Assembly (NCBI GenBank): GCA_027022365.1
Contig: JALVYU010000026.1
Span: forward strand, 288,001-352,000
Length of the DNA: 64,000 bases
Direction: 5' to 3'
Origin: Desulfurococcales archaeon
GTDB taxonomy: Archaea > Thermoproteota > Thermoprotei_A > Sulfolobales > Desulfurococcaceae
Shown here: one piece after another, positions 50,499 through 60,047 of the stretch
Layout of the letters: the number at the start of each line of letters is the position of its first letter
How positions within the stretch are numbered: the stretch's first letter is position 1
Notes under the pieces: model-generated
The model's input: only the letters and a program-made list of their open reading frames with translations
Databases searched by the model: none
What the model was told of the DNA's origin: nothing
Program-made: the position numbers and the translations under genes

Positions 50499-50777
50499 CT
50501 ACTTAATCATATTCTTTAACCTATCTTCCGGTCTAGCTAAAATCTGAGACCCCCTAATTATTACTTTCTCTCCCGTTGGGAGAGTTATTTCGAATACTCC
50601 CTTTTGTTTAAGTAAACGTATTATGTGTTTTTTAGATGTTTCTATCAATAGGGTCTTACGTGTTTCATCGATTATTCTTCCACTCAGGCCTACCAGATTA
50701 GGATCAGGATAGTCGAGAACAATTATTTTTAGACCGATTAGTTCGTGAAAATATATGTTCTTCCTTGTTATCTTCAT
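50499..50777 (-). CDS. rnp1: ribonuclease P protein component 1 (Rpp29)
   Basis: HELIGL, G.SGRIIDET and RPEDRLK. Confidence 0.93.
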   Translation of the reverse strand: MKITRKNIYFHELIGLKIIVLDYPDPNLVGLSGRIIDETRKTLLIETSKKHIIRLLKQKGVFEITLPTGEKVIIRGSQILARPEDRLKNMIK

Positions 50778-50793
50778 TTCTAAAAACTTCTAG

Positions 50794-50994
50794 TTACCTC
50801 TTGATCCCAAGTTCTTCTTCACGCATTATGGTTAGTATACGGGCGATATCCCTCCTAATATTCCTTATACGAGACGTATTGGTTAGTGTACCAACTTTTG
50901 ATTGAAGTCTCAGCTTTATCAGTTCTAGTCTGAGTTCATTAAGTCTACGTAGTCTTTCTTCAGGACTCATCCTCCTTATCTCGTCAGGCTTCAT
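50794..50994 (-). CDS. rpl29: 50S ribosomal protein uL29
   Basis: [13 protein letters not shown]. Confidence 0.95.
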   Translation of the reverse strand: MKPDEIRRMSPEERLRRLNELRLELIKLRLQSKVGTLTNTSRIRNIRRDIARILTIMREEELGIKR

Positions 50995-51667
50995 TCACTT
51001 CTTCACCTCCCACACTGCTTTCCTCAGAGCCCTGAGGCTTTAATGTCTCGAGATCTTCTGGCTTTACATTCTTTATCTCAATATAGTCTGGAGGTCTAAC
51101 ATTTGGTTTGACTATAACAACCTCTATACCATATACACCGCGCTTTAGTAATGCCTTGCCTACAGCTCTATCAACCATGTACTCGACGACTTCACCCGCC
51201 TTATAGATCCTTCCGGCCTTCAGTTTCTCGTAGCGGGCTCTCTCGCTTCTAAGTTTACCACTGATTATTATCTCGGCGCCTACAGCACCTGCTTCCATTA
51301 CTCTTCTCAACATTGCAAGAGCTACTCTACGATAAGGTATCTCTTTCTCAAGGGCACGAACTATCCTGAAAGCGACGACACGTGCATTTAGATCTGGATC
51401 AGGTACTGATGATACGGTGATATCGGTATTTTCTAGCCCGAATCTTGTCTGGAATACTGTGGTTAGCTTTCGAATAACGCTGCCTCTCCTACCTATTATT
51501 CTTCCCGGGTACTCCGCGTATATCACTACCCTGTATCCAGTAGGGGTCTTATACAGTTCTACGCCCGCATAGCCAGCATCCTTGAAGTAATTAGCGAGGA
51601 ATTCATCCAGCATAACACGCTTCATGCTATAATCTATAAAATATGATTTTACACGTGGTCCTGTCAC
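50984..51667 (-). CDS. rps3: 30S ribosomal protein uS3
   Basis: KH domain PGRIIGRRG and [10 protein letters not shown]. Confidence 0.96.
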   Translation of the reverse strand: MTGPRVKSYFIDYSMKRVMLDEFLANYFKDAGYAGVELYKTPTGYRVVIYAEYPGRIIGRRGSVIRKLTTVFQTRFGLENTDITVSSVPDPDLNARVVAFRIVRALEKEIPYRRVALAMLRRVMEAGAVGAEIIISGKLRSERARYEKLKAGRIYKAGEVVEYMVDRAVGKALLKRGVYGIEVVIVKPNVRPPDYIEIKNVKPEDLETLKPQGSEESSVGGEEVNEA

Positions 51668-52143
51668 TTCTTACCAACCTCCTTAACCACGACTTCAACA
51701 TGAGATGTTCTCTGATATTTAGGGGTGGCACGGCCGAAGGCTCTAGGCATGTATCTCTTAAGCGTTATACCCTTATGCGCCGCAATATGGACGATTACGA
51801 GGTTGTCCTTATTCAAGCCCTTGTTCTCCGCGTTTGCCTCAACATTGTCTAGAAGCTTTAAGAGATAACGTGCTGCCTTAACCGGGTATCTACCGATAGG
51901 CCACTTCCATTTATCAGCTAGTCCTCTTCTATGTGCTTGTTTACCCTTGTATCTCTTGAGGGGAACAGCTTCCTTTTTCTCAATTACTCGCTTGAGGAAC
52001 TCCTTAGCCTCGCTTAGCTTCATACCTCTTAGGACAGCGGTTACTTCTCTCATAACCTTTATAGAAACAGGTATGTCGAACTGCACGGCTTTGGCAATGT
52101 TCGACTCGTCCCTTACTTTGTAGGAGTAATGCCAAGTAGGCAT
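51664..52143 (-). CDS. rpl22: 50S ribosomal protein uL22
   Basis: GRYPVKAA and PRAFGRATP. Confidence 0.96.
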   Translation of the reverse strand: MPTWHYSYKVRDESNIAKAVQFDIPVSIKVMREVTAVLRGMKLSEAKEFLKRVIEKKEAVPLKRYKGKQAHRRGLADKWKWPIGRYPVKAARYLLKLLDNVEANAENKGLNKDNLVIVHIAAHKGITLKRYMPRAFGRATPKYQRTSHVEVVVKEVGKK

Positions 52144-52156
52144 ACCTGTTCACCCC

Positions 52157-52597
52157 TTACTTGAGCGATACATACATACTGCTCCTCGTGGCCTTCAGAC
52201 CTGGTTCTCCATGTGCTACTCTCTTCGTTGTTGGGCTGAATTCTCCGAGATAATGCCCTATCATTTCCGGGATAATCCTTACAGGAATGAATTCCTTGCC
52301 GTTATATACGGCGATCGTTAAGCCCACCATTTCCGGGAGTATTATCATGTCCCTTACATGCGTCTTAATTATCGCTTTCTTCCCGGTAAGCTTCTTCGCC
52401 CGCACCTTCCTTATCTTAGCCAGCAATTTCACCTGCGCCTTAGTTAGTCCTCGTTTAAGACTACGCCTCTGTCTCGCGGGGAATAACTCTATCAGCTCAT
52501 CCAGCGGCATGTTCAGCAGTTCCTCGAGCGTCTTACCCCTGTATCTGAATTTCTTCCACTCTGGCGGTATCTCTATCTCTATCGCCAAATTATCCAC
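52157..52597 (-). CDS. rps19: 30S ribosomal protein uS19
   Basis: [15 protein letters not shown] and MIGHYLGEF. Confidence 0.96.
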   Translation of the reverse strand: MDNLAIEIEIPPEWKKFRYRGKTLEELLNMPLDELIELFPARQRRSLKRGLTKAQVKLLAKIRKVRAKKLTGKKAIIKTHVRDMIILPEMVGLTIAVYNGKEFIPVRIIPEMIGHYLGEFSPTTKRVAHGEPGLKATRSSMYVSLK

Positions 52598-52642
52598 CTC
52601 TGGTAAGCATAGACATTGTATCTCGCTATTTATATTGTACTC

Positions 52643-54610
52643 TTAACCTCTAACATGGATAAGTTTATCCCGTATTTTAAGGTTTAGTTTCTTCCCCAAA
52701 AGCTTGGGCAGTTCTTCAGGTGAGCCAACACACACTACCTCGACGCCCCGCGATGATAGCTCAAAAGCTACATCCTCCCGGTGAAACGGGGGAACAAAAA
52801 CTATGATTCTTCTACCTATTTTGTTGGCTCGTTCGATAACTTCAACAGGATCTTTATAATCGACCGTCTGCTCTAGATCTGTAAACAAAACAATACTGTC
52901 ACCAGGCTTTGATACCTCTATCGCACGTTCAACAGCGAGCGCAATATTGGTATATCCTCTAAATCCTTCTAGGAAAACATGGTTTAGAAAACGGCTCATC
53001 AATGAAATGGGTGAGTAGCGTCCTACCTTGTATATCCTTATTCTATCAGAAAACAATATACAATATCTTAGTAGGGGGAAGACTGTGCCAAGTGATAACA
53101 ATGCCCAGATTGAATGTTTTAGCATAGATCCGCTTACATCGATTAATGCTGTGAGACGCTGTATTCTTTTCCTATCCTTTCTCGCGATAACGTAGTTGTA
53201 TCTTATATAATTGTAGAGTGTTTTTCTGACATTGAGTTTACCTGAATAGATTGACTCGATGTACTTCTTAGACTTTGTATCTCCTCTGACGATTTTCATT
53301 AATATTTTTCTGCTAAGTATAATCGCTCTCCTTAATACGTCATCGCTTATCTGTCTCTCTGTTCTTATCAAATCAAAAATCCTGTATCCGATATACTCTA
53401 TAGCATCCGAAGCCCTACTAGACAAGAACTTTATAATATTCCTTTTATCCTGTTTTAATAATGATTCATACAAAGGCATTAATTCGGATGATAGATTATG
53501 TGGTTCGATCTTATCTAGAAACATAAATGAATAGTCTATGTAGGCCGGATTACCCGTTATTAGATAATCCATATATGCAGCGAGCGCTTTTCCGAGAAAG
53601 GCCTTACTTTTTAACGAGCTATTCCTTATTTTTCCCGGACTACTGATCGATGACAACGTAAATAAATCGAGGCGAGCGAGAACCTCCTCAAGACCCGCAT
53701 TCCTGTATATTTTTGATGCGATCCTCATACGCTCATGTATGGGTAGTTTTTGAATATCCTTTGCGATCTTATCGGCGTCATCGTCCCTGATCTTCTTCCT
53801 TAGATATTCAAGGGTATAGGGACCAAGATAACTATCATGTGCTAATCTTGTTTTCTCAGCGATCTGACCGAGCTTCCTCCAAGAATTTGGCGAGGAAATT
53901 ATGCCTTCATTAATTCTTTTCCTAAGCTCGGCTCTTATCGTCTTATCTATTCGTACATTATGCCCGTAGTAGAGATCCGTAAATCTCAGTAGTTTTTCTA
54001 TGCTCATTCGAGAGAGCATATTCTGATCTATTATTTTTGACCAAAGTGCACTAGGAATTTCTTTCAGATACTTGAACAAGTCTTGTAGCTTTATTTCTCT
54101 TTTAAACATACCATCGAGTTTCTCGGAATAAATCGACTTATCGACTATTAGTCGTCCGTCCCTAGACCTTACTAGATATCCATGTTTTCTCAACCATATA
54201 TAATCAAGAATGTCCACTGAAGAACTATTCTTCCTAAAAATCCATGAAACTGTTGTCTTCCTCTTTCTAAAGAGTCTTTTCAGGATAGTCATTTCCCCAT
54301 CATATACTATCTTTTCTTCCACTCCATGATTTGTAGCTGGGTATTTCGATGATATCTTATTGTCCCCAAAAACCGAATTGTAGAGCTCGTCGAGTAAGTC
54401 GTTATATTCCTTTCTTGCACCAGTTAAAGCTTTAAGAGTTGTACATAGTTCTATAAATGCGATCTCTTTATCCACGGAAACAGACTCGGTTGATTTCCTA
54501 CTGATCAGATATTCATAGCATCTCTGAAGATTTTCCCGGATCCTGTTATCCAGCACGGATAAGTTTAAAGCATTCATTTTATCTGAGTAGCTCTTCGACA
54601 ACGTTCTCAT
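52643..54610 (-). CDS. large protein with C-terminal vWA (CoxE-like) domain
   Basis: GKLNVRKTL, LIDVSGSM (MIDAS), GYTNIA and LFTD; start uncertain. Confidence 0.8.
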   Translation of the reverse strand: MRTLSKSYSDKMNALNLSVLDNRIRENLQRCYEYLISRKSTESVSVDKEIAFIELCTTLKALTGARKEYNDLLDELYNSVFGDNKISSKYPATNHGVEEKIVYDGEMTILKRLFRKRKTTVSWIFRKNSSSVDILDYIWLRKHGYLVRSRDGRLIVDKSIYSEKLDGMFKREIKLQDLFKYLKEIPSALWSKIIDQNMLSRMSIEKLLRFTDLYYGHNVRIDKTIRAELRKRINEGIISSPNSWRKLGQIAEKTRLAHDSYLGPYTLEYLRKKIRDDDADKIAKDIQKLPIHERMRIASKIYRNAGLEEVLARLDLFTLSSISSPGKIRNSSLKSKAFLGKALAAYMDYLITGNPAYIDYSFMFLDKIEPHNLSSELMPLYESLLKQDKRNIIKFLSSRASDAIEYIGYRIFDLIRTERQISDDVLRRAIILSRKILMKIVRGDTKSKKYIESIYSGKLNVRKTLYNYIRYNYVIARKDRKRIQRLTALIDVSGSMLKHSIWALLSLGTVFPLLRYCILFSDRIRIYKVGRYSPISLMSRFLNHVFLEGFRGYTNIALAVERAIEVSKPGDSIVLFTDLEQTVDYKDPVEVIERANKIGRRIIVFVPPFHREDVAFELSSRGVEVVCVGSPEELPKLLGKKLNLKIRDKLIHVRG

Positions 54611-55520
54611 CCTCAGGATCTTTTAGCAACACTGATCTACCGGCTTCCAGAAGATCATGCTTGTCTGCTTTCATCTTATTCTTAGCCTTGGCGAGCATAG
54701 CGGTAATAGTTAGCCACGACACTAAATCAGCTGTTCCAGGTTTATAGACTGCTCTCCGTCGAAGCTCCTTAACTACTCTTATTGCCTTAGATATAAGTTC
54801 ATCTGTTATGTACCTTGCTAATCCGCCGAGCCTTAGCATTATAATGTTATACTCCTCCTCAGGGGTAGGATATCTAAACTCTATCCTGATGAGGCGCCTC
54901 ATGAACGCATCACTTAACTCGTTCTGAGCAATGTCTAAGGGGTTGCTCGTCATTATTATTTGGAAGCCGTCACCACGCTGATAATAGGTTTTCCGAAGCT
55001 CTGGTACAATTATGCGTCTCTTATCAATAATATCTAGTAATAGGTTTTGGAAGCCTTCATTGCTTCTCCTTATCTCATCTATGAGTACACCGGTGTCAAG
55101 TATAAGTGCGGCCAGTAATGGGCGTGGAATAAAGCTTTCCTCGTTGAACCCTTTGGCCATCGCTATTGCTGGGTGAAAATCCCCTATAACTCTATATTCA
55201 TCATAGCTCTCGCTACATGGGAGGACAAACGCAGATTTTCCAGCCCAGAGCGATAATATTGCTTCTCCGATCTCGGTCTTCCCGGTCCCCGGGGGTCCTT
55301 CATAGAGTACCGGCCTATTATTCATGAAAGCAGCAATCGTTAAGTAAACTATATACGGTTTTACGATCAGCTTATACGTTTCTCTTAGGTATTTTATTAT
55401 TAAATCTGGTGAACGTACTTTCGGTACTTTCTTGATCACTGGGTCATAAATCTCTTTAACCTTAACAATTATTGGATCTTCATCCACTTCTGACCCCAGA
55501 GAATTAGAGGCTTTAAGCAT
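54579..55520 (-). CDS. MoxR-family AAA+ ATPase
   Basis: LYEGPPGTGKT, LIDEIRR, TSNP and LSDAFMRR. Confidence 0.9.
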   Translation of the reverse strand: MLKASNSLGSEVDEDPIIVKVKEIYDPVIKKVPKVRSPDLIIKYLRETYKLIVKPYIVYLTIAAFMNNRPVLYEGPPGTGKTEIGEAILSLWAGKSAFVLPCSESYDEYRVIGDFHPAIAMAKGFNEESFIPRPLLAALILDTGVLIDEIRRSNEGFQNLLLDIIDKRRIIVPELRKTYYQRGDGFQIIMTSNPLDIAQNELSDAFMRRLIRIEFRYPTPEEEYNIIMLRLGGLARYITDELISKAIRVVKELRRRAVYKPGTADLVSWLTITAMLAKAKNKMKADKHDLLEAGRSVLLKDPEDENVVEELLR

Positions 55521-55559
55521 CTATTATAGACAACGGATAATCAAATATGTGGTGAAATA

Positions 55560-55910
55560 ATGCTAGTTATAAAGAAATGCTTCACTATTGAGGGTAGCGA
55601 CACCGTATGGGTTGAGTTGGTGTGCAGCGATAAAGGTTTATCTATAAGGGTTATAGGGCGCGAACCACTATATCGTTCTCGACGCTTATCAAGAACTTTT
55701 GACAAATACATTAAAAGACTGGTGGGTTCTAGGGGTACTGCTTTAGAGGAGCGTGTATTGACCGGTAATCCTGTGATTGCTGGGTATAAGCGTTTGGAGG
55801 ATAAACTGTACATTATTCTTGAGATAAGCTCTACACGGCTATACGTACCGGTGGAGAAAGAGAAACTTGTTAGGCGATGTATTAAAATGTTATACAGCAG
55901 ACAGAGCTAG
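55560..55910 (+). CDS. hypothetical protein
   Basis: 116-aa ORF with GGTGA SD, divergent from the MoxR gene. Confidence 0.6.
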   Translation: MLVIKKCFTIEGSDTVWVELVCSDKGLSIRVIGREPLYRSRRLSRTFDKYIKRLVGSRGTALEERVLTGNPVIAGYKRLEDKLYIILEISSTRLYVPVEKEKLVRRCIKMLYSRQS

Positions 55911-55956
55911 TACATTGTGTTAAATTAAATAGTTTGATTATTCAGTAAAATACGTG

Positions 55957-56676
55957 TCAGCCTTTCCTTCTACCCGTTCTTCTTGCAGCGATATGTCCTA
56001 CCTTCCTACCTGGAGGCGTCTCTCTCGCAACTGTTGATGGTTTGCCTACGTGCTGGTGGCTACCACCACCGTGCGGATGGCTGACAGCATTCATTGCAAC
56101 TCCACGTACTTTGGGCCATTTGTGAGCTTTTGCCTTCCACTTGTAATACGAGTTGCCTGCTTTGAGGAGTGGTTTCTCTGTTCTTCCGCCGCCTGCTATT
56201 ACGCCTATTGTTGCCCTAGCAGTATTTGGTACCTCTATGATCTTGCCGCTGGGTAATTGGACATGTGTTTTGGCTCCAGCTCTTCCAACAATAAGTGCAT
56301 AAGCACCGGACGATCTGACAAATTTTCCGCCATCACCAGGCCTCTTCTCTATGTTGCATACCTGTGTTCCTTCTGGTATATTTCCTATAGGCAGTATGTT
56401 GCCGTTAGCTATCTTTGCATGCGGGCCTATCTCAATGATCTGGCCAACATATAGGCCTTCAACAGCAGGTGTTAGGAACTCTGCGCCGTTCTCTAGAACT
56501 ATTTTTGCGAGGGGGACCCATCTGCCAGGATCATGTATGAGATCTAGTACTTTACCCTTCATTGTCTTATCGGTTACGAGGGGTGGATATTTAGCAGGTC
56601 CCTTCTTTAGGTGCTTAGGGCTCCTGAAGGTCGGTGAACCGCGTCCCATGCGCTGAGGAAGTATACGCTTACCCAT
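55957..56676 (-). CDS. rpl2: 50S ribosomal protein uL2
   Basis: HDPGR and VRGVAMNAVSHPHGGG. Confidence 0.97.
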   Translation of the reverse strand: MGKRILPQRMGRGSPTFRSPKHLKKGPAKYPPLVTDKTMKGKVLDLIHDPGRWVPLAKIVLENGAEFLTPAVEGLYVGQIIEIGPHAKIANGNILPIGNIPEGTQVCNIEKRPGDGGKFVRSSGAYALIVGRAGAKTHVQLPSGKIIEVPNTARATIGVIAGGGRTEKPLLKAGNSYYKWKAKAHKWPKVRGVAMNAVSHPHGGGSHQHVGKPSTVARETPPGRKVGHIAARRTGRRKG

Positions 56677-56687
56677 ACATGTTCACC

Positions 56688-56963
56688 TCATATTAGGCCT
56701 AGCTGTGATGCGACCTCACTTGCCTTATACTCAGGGGTTAGTCTAACGTAAGCTTTTTTCTCGCCACGTGGCGTTATCAGTGTTCGCACCTTCTCTACTT
56801 TAACGCCAAATATTAGTTCTACGGCGCGCTTTATGTCGGGCTTGGTTGCTGTCCTATCTACTATGAATGTCAGTGTGTTTTCTTTATCTATGAGTGTTAA
56901 TGCCTTCTCGCTATGTACGGGCCTGATTATTATCTTGTATAATCTGGCTTCATCACTGGTCAT
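56688..56963 (-). CDS. rpl23: 50S ribosomal protein uL23
   Basis: SEKA, NTLTFIV and KKAYVRL. Confidence 0.96.
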   Translation of the reverse strand: MTSDEARLYKIIIRPVHSEKALTLIDKENTLTFIVDRTATKPDIKRAVELIFGVKVEKVRTLITPRGEKKAYVRLTPEYKASEVASQLGLI

Positions 56964-57775
56964 AGCAGTTTCACCTCATATTTAGTGGCTATGTCTTGGA
57001 GGGCTGATAAACTGTAAACGGTTAGTCTTCCTGGCTCACCGCCTGGAGCTAGATGGAGTATGCCGAGGTTGTTCGGAGTAGCTATATCCACGCCCGGGAA
57101 GTTCCTAACAGCACGTGCTAGTGGTACGTCATAGCTGGTTAGCACAAATAATATGCTTCTAGGCTCCACATATTTTCTTCCTCTCATCTTTCCTCTCCCA
57201 GTCCTGATCCTTATCCGCTCATAACTCCTCTCGATGTCCTGCCAAACACCAATTGTTTTCAAGAACACCCTTGCCTCTTTCGCTGTCTTGACGTCTTTCT
57301 CAACATCGTCATCAATGATTATTGGTAGCTTATCTCTCGAGAAAACATGTCCACGAGCCCTCACGATCTCGGGCACAGAGGTTGCAGCGATAGCCGAAGC
57401 TGTAGCCAAGGCTTTTTCTCTCTTATTTATCCTTTCATGGAGTTTCTCGTCCGGACGAGGCGGGAATGCTGCGTGGCCTCCCCTAGCAAATACTACGAAG
57501 GCTGCACGGCCATTGGGAAGTCTTGGGACTCTCGCAATACCTCTACCTACTCCGAAGCTTCTGGCTGTTGTTCTCCTACCAGCCATCGGGTCTCTGCCCT
57601 TGGGCTGGAGCATAGCGGTGAATGCGGATAGGTACGCTCTCCTTATAAGGTCTCTTCTTATCGGCAGGCTGAAGATTATGGGTAGATCGATGGTTCTCAC
57701 TGTTTTTCCGTCTATGCCTATAACTTCTCCCGTCTTAGACTCGAGCTTGTAGGGTACCAGGATCGACCAGGTCAT
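56960..57775 (-). CDS. rpl4: 50S ribosomal protein uL4
   Basis: [19 protein letters not shown] and LAPGG.PGRL. Confidence 0.96.
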   Translation of the reverse strand: MTWSILVPYKLESKTGEVIGIDGKTVRTIDLPIIFSLPIRRDLIRRAYLSAFTAMLQPKGRDPMAGRRTTARSFGVGRGIARVPRLPNGRAAFVVFARGGHAAFPPRPDEKLHERINKREKALATASAIAATSVPEIVRARGHVFSRDKLPIIIDDDVEKDVKTAKEARVFLKTIGVWQDIERSYERIRIRTGRGKMRGRKYVEPRSILFVLTSYDVPLARAVRNFPGVDIATPNNLGILHLAPGGEPGRLTVYSLSALQDIATKYEVKLL

Positions 57776-57777
57776 GT

Positions 57778-58914
57778 TTATACACCTTGTTTGCTCTCGT
57801 GGCTAACGTAGATAATCTCCGGGGCTGCTTCAGGCTTCCACTCCGGAGGCCTTATCGGTTCACGGAGCACGAGTAGCCTCTTTCTAACGCCTATGACGCT
57901 TCCATGAAGCATGAGGTAGGGTCCGAAGACGAGCCCGTATCCAAGGAATCCTCCTTTAGGCGTGATCTCCCAGCCGTTCTTTCCTATCTTTATTATTCGT
58001 TTGTTGTACTCTGTTCTCCTATGGAATCCCATTTGTCCTGCCTGAGGTGTCTCACTCATTGTTCCGAATCCTGGGCTTCTAGAGCCTATTTTTCTGCTCC
58101 CTTTTCTATGCTTATGCCATCTGGGTAGTTCCTTGACGCCAAATCTCTTGACAACACCCTGGAATCCCTTACCCTTAGTTACACCTATGACGTCGATGAA
58201 TTGTCCTTCTCTAAACACATCCCATACAGCAACGTATTTGCCAAGGAGCCCCGCAGCATAATCTAGTTGTTCCTCGACACTTGTTCCACCGCCGATCTTT
58301 ATTTCGACTATCTCTGGCTTCTTCTTACCGATCCCCGAGAGTACTGGTATGGTGGACGCTATGACGCGGATCTCATCGGGGTCGCTGGCCTTGATCTTGG
58401 CTATTTTTTCTTCATGATACTTCACAACGAATTTGTAACCGCCATTCTCGGGTTTAACGAGTCCGGGATTAACTTTTCTAAGTCCGCGAAGATATTTACG
58501 GGTCAACTCCTCGGGGGTCATCTCGATGAATGGGTTGTCCTTGTAGATCTCATCTAGAAGCGTTGTTAATGATTCTGTCGGGTCTTTCCAGACCTCGCCT
58601 ATCGAGAGCAGCCCTGACATTGGGAATCGCTTATATGCTCTTATTCCGAGTACAAGCATTGGCGGTGCATCAAGTATTGTTACTGGTACGAATATCTCTT
58701 TGCCAGTAGTGTCTCTATTAGGCCTGTCATCGATGACCAGTATATGGGTCATTCCAGCCTTGTAAGCAGCATATCCTAATAATTTCGGCTTATCTAGAAC
58801 GATCTCAGGCCAACTCCTGACACGTGGCACTATCTTGCTTGCACGCTTACGTGGTCTTACCCCAAGGCTTCCATGTCTTGGCGCACTGTGTTTTCTATGG
58901 CCCATCGTCTTCAC
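57778..58914 (-). CDS. rpl3: 50S ribosomal protein uL3
   Basis: [22 protein letters not shown] and [13 protein letters not shown]. Confidence 0.97.
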   Translation of the reverse strand: MKTMGHRKHSAPRHGSLGVRPRKRASKIVPRVRSWPEIVLDKPKLLGYAAYKAGMTHILVIDDRPNRDTTGKEIFVPVTILDAPPMLVLGIRAYKRFPMSGLLSIGEVWKDPTESLTTLLDEIYKDNPFIEMTPEELTRKYLRGLRKVNPGLVKPENGGYKFVVKYHEEKIAKIKASDPDEIRVIASTIPVLSGIGKKKPEIVEIKIGGGTSVEEQLDYAAGLLGKYVAVWDVFREGQFIDVIGVTKGKGFQGVVKRFGVKELPRWHKHRKGSRKIGSRSPGFGTMSETPQAGQMGFHRRTEYNKRIIKIGKNGWEITPKGGFLGYGLVFGPYLMLHGSVIGVRKRLLVLREPIRPPEWKPEAAPEIIYVSHESKQGV

Positions 58915-58959
58915 CTGCCATGCCGGACTATCTTACAATACTTAGGGTATTATAAAACC

Positions 58960-59799
58960 TCACTTCCGGATTAATAAATTAATCAGCCCTAGGGTTATTA
59001 TGAGTGCCTCTTCTGTTCTTATAGTTTTCACGTGTTGTCCCGGTACAGTATTCCATATGTATTTTATTCTGTCTTCTAGTTCCCAGCCTTCATTCTCAGC
59101 GATCTCATATAGTCCTCCATACGGAGAACCGAATAAGACAAGCAGTCTACTCTTATTGAACAAGGCTCTCCTTATATCTTCGGCTTTAGGGATAACGCCA
59201 TACTTACTTGTAGCAATTATACATGTGCTTGTGCCTTGTTTTCTCTCTATAATGTTCTTAAGTGAACGCTCAAAATCTATAGAAGGGCCTAAATAAACAT
59301 TGGGGTCATATTTATCAATATATTTACCAATAAGCCTATATGTGTCAATTATTCTAACTAATCCCAAGCCCTCACGTATATTCGATTCATTATCTATGAT
59401 CAGGACTTCTTTCTTTAATCCACAATCAGCTGTAAACTTATCATTTCTCCTACGAATTAAACAAACACGTATCTCGTTAGGCCTAGGTTTCATTGATACA
59501 TCATATATATTCAGTCTTAGAGGGGGGAGAGCTCCTACAAACTTTAGGTCTTTGTCGAGAGGCATTAGTTTTTTACGGAGGTATGGGGGGATAATTAAGT
59601 AGTTATGTATCTTCTTTATTAGAGATTTAATCTTCTTATCTATAGTTCGTGGAATAAAACTATCGTAATATATAATAATTTTCTTAGTCCCGAAGATCGA
59701 TGCATACCTGATTATTTGATAAATTTTTAATGTACGGAGTAAAAGACCGTGTTCTATAGAAACAACACTTGATGGCAGAGCTATTTCAAAAGAAAACAT
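58960..59799 (-). CDS. SPOUT-class RNA methyltransferase (DUF171/SPOUT1-like)
   Basis: PPYLRK, GALPPL, FGSPYGGL and NTVPGQ.VKTIRTEEA; usual position upstream of uL3. Confidence 0.9.
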   Translation of the reverse strand: MFSFEIALPSSVVSIEHGLLLRTLKIYQIIRYASIFGTKKIIIYYDSFIPRTIDKKIKSLIKKIHNYLIIPPYLRKKLMPLDKDLKFVGALPPLRLNIYDVSMKPRPNEIRVCLIRRRNDKFTADCGLKKEVLIIDNESNIREGLGLVRIIDTYRLIGKYIDKYDPNVYLGPSIDFERSLKNIIERKQGTSTCIIATSKYGVIPKAEDIRRALFNKSRLLVLFGSPYGGLYEIAENEGWELEDRIKYIWNTVPGQHVKTIRTEEALIITLGLINLLIRK

Positions 59800-59909
59800 T
59801 ATTTCCTCCTTTGTTTGCCCGTCTTCTTCGACTTAGCTAGTTCCCTACTCATCCTTTCAGTGGTCTTTTCCTTGGTCATAAACAGACTTGTACGCTGTCT
59901 ACCACCCAT
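59799..59909 (-). CDS. small basic protein, 36 aa (not in ORF track)
   Basis: MGGRQRTSLFMTKEKTTERMSRELAKSKKTGKQRRK; SD GAGGTG, upstream TTTATAAA, TAATG overlap with the next gene. Confidence 0.6.
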   Translation of the reverse strand: MGGRQRTSLFMTKEKTTERMSRELAKSKKTGKQRRK

Positions 59910-59982
59910 ACCTTTCCACCTCTGCTTTAATGTAGTTCAATGGAGTTTTCTAGGAAGTCTCTTTATAAAATATTTCCTGCTG

Positions 59983-60045
59983 TGCTCAGATACGACCGCA
60001 GTCCCCATCTTTTTCTTCGGTAAAGCCCGCCTCACATCATCGCCT
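59983..60045 (-). ncRNA. box C/D guide sRNA, probably targeting 16S rRNA
   Basis: C box ATGATGT (60034-40), D' CCGA, D CTGA (59986-89); guides GGCGGGCTT and TGCGGTCGTA match adjacent conserved 16S segments as recalled. Confidence 0.78.
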
Positions 60046-60047
60046 TT

